Shown one piece after another: positions 61,265 through 64,000 of a DNA stretch of 64,000 nt. Source of the DNA: Eledone cirrhosa. Lineage: Eukaryota. The stretch covers positions 18,290,001 to 18,354,000 of the forward strand of contig OZ024755.1 of NCBI GenBank assembly GCA_964016885.1, read 5' to 3'. Position 1 is the stretch's first letter; each line of letters begins with the position of its first letter. Made by a program: the position numbers and the translations under genes. The notes beneath the pieces were generated by a model that had not been told where the DNA came from, did not search any database, and worked only from the letters and a program-made list of their open reading frames with translations.

Positions 61265-62089
61265 TATTGTGTATGTATCTGTGTATATATATATATACAA
61301 TGTATAGCATGTGTGTGGCTAAATATAATGTATAGCATGCATGCGTGTGTGTATGTGTGTGTGTGATATATAGCATGTGTATGTAGGTATATATAATATA
61401 CAGCATGTATGTGGATATATATATAATATATAGCATGTATCATCATCATCATTTCATTTTATGTCCGCTTTTCCCTGCTTGCAAGGGTGGGATGGGAACT
61501 GATGCTGGCTTGATTTCTACAGCTGGATGCCCTTCCTCACACCAACCTCATTTACAGTGAGTGCTGGGGCTTTTTTTCCGTGGCGCCTACACGACCACTC
61601 TATAGTGGAATGATATGGACCCCAGTCCCTATCATCTCATTTCTACAGCTGAGTAAACTGGAGCAATGTGAAATAAAGTGTCTTACTCAAGGAAACAACA
61701 CATCACCCGGTCTGAGAATTGAACTCACAACCTTTCGATTGCAAGGCCAATGCTCTAACCACTAAGCCATGTGCCTCCATGTATATGGATATATATATAA
61801 CATATAGCATGCATGTGTGTGTGTATGTATAGCACGTGTGGTGTGGGTATATATTATGTATAGCATGTGTGTGTGTGTATATATAATGTATAACATGAGT
61901 GTGTGTATATATATATATATATAATGTATAGCATGTGTGAGTGTATATATTATGTATAGCATGTATGTATCATCTCCCACGCTAGCATATTATGTATAGC
62001 CTTTGTGTCTGTGTATATATACAGCATGTGTGTGGCGGTATATATAATGTATAGCATGTGTGTGTGTATATAATGTATAGCATGTATGC

Positions 62090-62126
<37 letters not shown>

Positions 62127-62600
62127 GTATAGCATATGTGTTTATGTATAGCATGTGTATGTGTGTATATATAATATATAGCATTTGTGTGGGTATATAT
62201 ACGGTATAGCATGTGTGTATATATATTATGTATAGCATATATATATATGTATATGTGTGTATATATAATATATAGCATGTGTGTGTGGGTATATATACGG
62301 TATAGCATGTGTATATATATATTATGTATAGCATGTGTGTATATATATTATGTATAGCATCTATATATGTGTATATGTGTGCATATATAATATATAGCAT
62401 GTGTGTGTGGATATATATTATGTATAGCATGTGTGTATATATATATAGCATCTATATATATGTGTATATGTGTGTATATATAATATATAGCATGTGTGTG
62501 TGTGGGTATATATATACGGTATAGCATATGTGTATATATATTATGTATAGCATGTGTGTATATATATTATATATAGCATCTATATATATATGTATATGTA
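61265..62600. repeat. Microsatellite-derived (tatagcatgtgtg..tata)n array
   Basis: Direct reading; interrupted by a SINE A copy. Confidence 0.9.
61439..61778 (-). mobile_element. SINE family A, full length, inserted in a microsatellite-derived repeat
   Basis: Similarity to family A. Confidence 0.9.
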
Positions 62601-62722
62601 AGGCTTATTAATTGAAAAATGACTGACTGAGAAACTAGAAATAAATCTGTAGTATACTTTGGGATTAAATTCTCAAGGGAAACATCTACTGAATAAGAAC
62701 AAGAATACAATAAGGTGTTATT

Positions 62723-63048
62723 ATCATCATCATCATCATCATCATCATTTTACGTCCGCTTTTCCCTGCTTGCAAGGGTGGGACGGGAACTGATTCTGGC
62801 TTGATTTCTACAGATGGATGCCCTTCCTAACACCAACCTCATTTACAGTGAGTGCTGGGTGCTTTTTTTTTCTGTGGCACCTACACGTCCACTTTGCAGT
62901 GGAATGATAGGGACCCCAGTCCCTATCATCTCATTTCTACAGCTGAGTAAACTGGAGCAATGTGAAATAAAGTGTCTTGCTCAAGGAAACAACACATCAC
63001 CCAGTCTGAGAATTGAACTCACAACCTTTCGATTGCAAGGCCAATGCT
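62723..63048 (-). mobile_element. SINE family A, nearly full length
   Basis: Similarity to family A. Confidence 0.9.
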
Positions 63049-63163
63049 AGCTTATGTAAAATAGTTCTGTTAGATTTAACATGGTAGATTTTCAGATACA
63101 GGAGGGAGAAGACATTTCACTAACTCTTGTTTCATGGAGATTTGTTAATACTTTACATATGGA

Positions 63164-63353
63164 TTAACCCTTTAGAATTATCTCACCTTTTTCTGTTCAA
63201 ACTGGCCGTAACTGGCCGTTCATAATAACATCAAGTTATTGTTTTCAAAATATATAACATCAAAATCTCATAGATTCGATATTATATAAGATGAAGCCTT
63301 TACCACAAAAATACAATAGTATATATAGAGTAATGTAAATGCTAAAGGGTTAA
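63164..63353. mobile_element. piggyBac-like TTAA MITE, internally deleted
   Basis: TIRs and TTAA flanks. Confidence 0.8.
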
Positions 63354-63369
63354 GTCAATATACAGCTAG

Positions 63370-63850
63370 ACTGAAAGGATTTGTTTGGGGTGTCTGATAT
63401 TTGATGGAATATATTTTCTGTGGCTACCTTAAAAGGTGGTTGGGGTTCTGATATTTGACGGAATATAGGTCTATGGGTACTTGAGAGAGTGGGAGTTGTC
63501 TGGTATTTGAGGGAATATATGCATATGGGTACCTGAAGGGTGGAAGATGTTTGGAATTTGATTGAATATAGGTCTGCAGGTACCTGAAAGGTGGAGGATG
63601 TCTGGTATTTGACAGAATATAGGTCTATGGGTACCTGAAGGGGTGAAGGAGTACCTGGTATTTGATGGAATATAATTTCTGTGGCTACCCAAAAAGGTGG
63701 AGGAGTGCCTAGTATTTGAGAGATTATAGGTCTTTGGGTACCTGAAAGGGTGAGGAATGTCTGGCAATTGAGGGATTATAGATCTGTAGGCACCTGAAAT
63801 GGTGTGGGAGTGCCTGGTACTTGATTGATAGAATATTGATCTGTGGGCAA
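63370..63850. repeat. Degenerate ~55-60-bp tandem repeat
   Basis: ggtacctgaa..gtggagg..gtctggtatttga..gaatataggtct units. Confidence 0.8.
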
Positions 63851-64000
63851 TGACAATATTTAAGTAGAATGTTTCAACAAAACTTCATATTTATTTTATC
63901 CCTTCTTCTACCAAGAACACTTCATAATGTTGATAAAAGGGTATTAATTTAGTGGTGCAAACAGGACTCAAGAGAAGAGGGGGAAGACAAATACGTTGAC

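Noticed and set aside
53180-64000. Upstream RhoGEF exons or promoter
   Set aside because: No exon with convincing splice sites and family similarity was found; an isolated CAG|GTATTG near 57995 is unsupported. The 5' part probably lies beyond the window.

Overview
AT-rich, repeat-dense eukaryotic (metazoan) DNA. The SINE/RTE content and very dense (TA)n microsatellites suggest a coleoid cephalopod such as Octopus (inference). One intron-rich gene lies on the minus strand: an SH3-DH-PH Rho-GEF of the ARHGEF4 (Asef)/ARHGEF9 (collybistin)/SPATA13 family. I could join 10 coding exons (53179 down to 10592) with GT-AG sites and consistent phases into 1551 nt (516 aa + stop); I found no 5' exons. 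The rest comprises three tRNA-derived SINE families, RTE-type LINE remnants (one with a PHD-like finger), a decayed Gypsy element, TTAA- and TA-targeting MITEs, minisatellites and microsatellites. Most ORF-track entries are repeat artefacts. The most interesting signals are: (1) fold-back elements next to (TA)n tracts carrying minimal hammerhead-ribozyme-like motifs, one with a compensatory U3-A8 core; (2) two minisatellites that amplify AG-free branch-point/polypyrimidine segments directly at PH-exon acceptors; (3) SINE copies alternating in orientation so that four consecutive exons are bracketed by inverted repeats; (4) candidate small exons in the last intron that could switch the C-terminus. 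All of this was read by eye, without alignments or folding computations.
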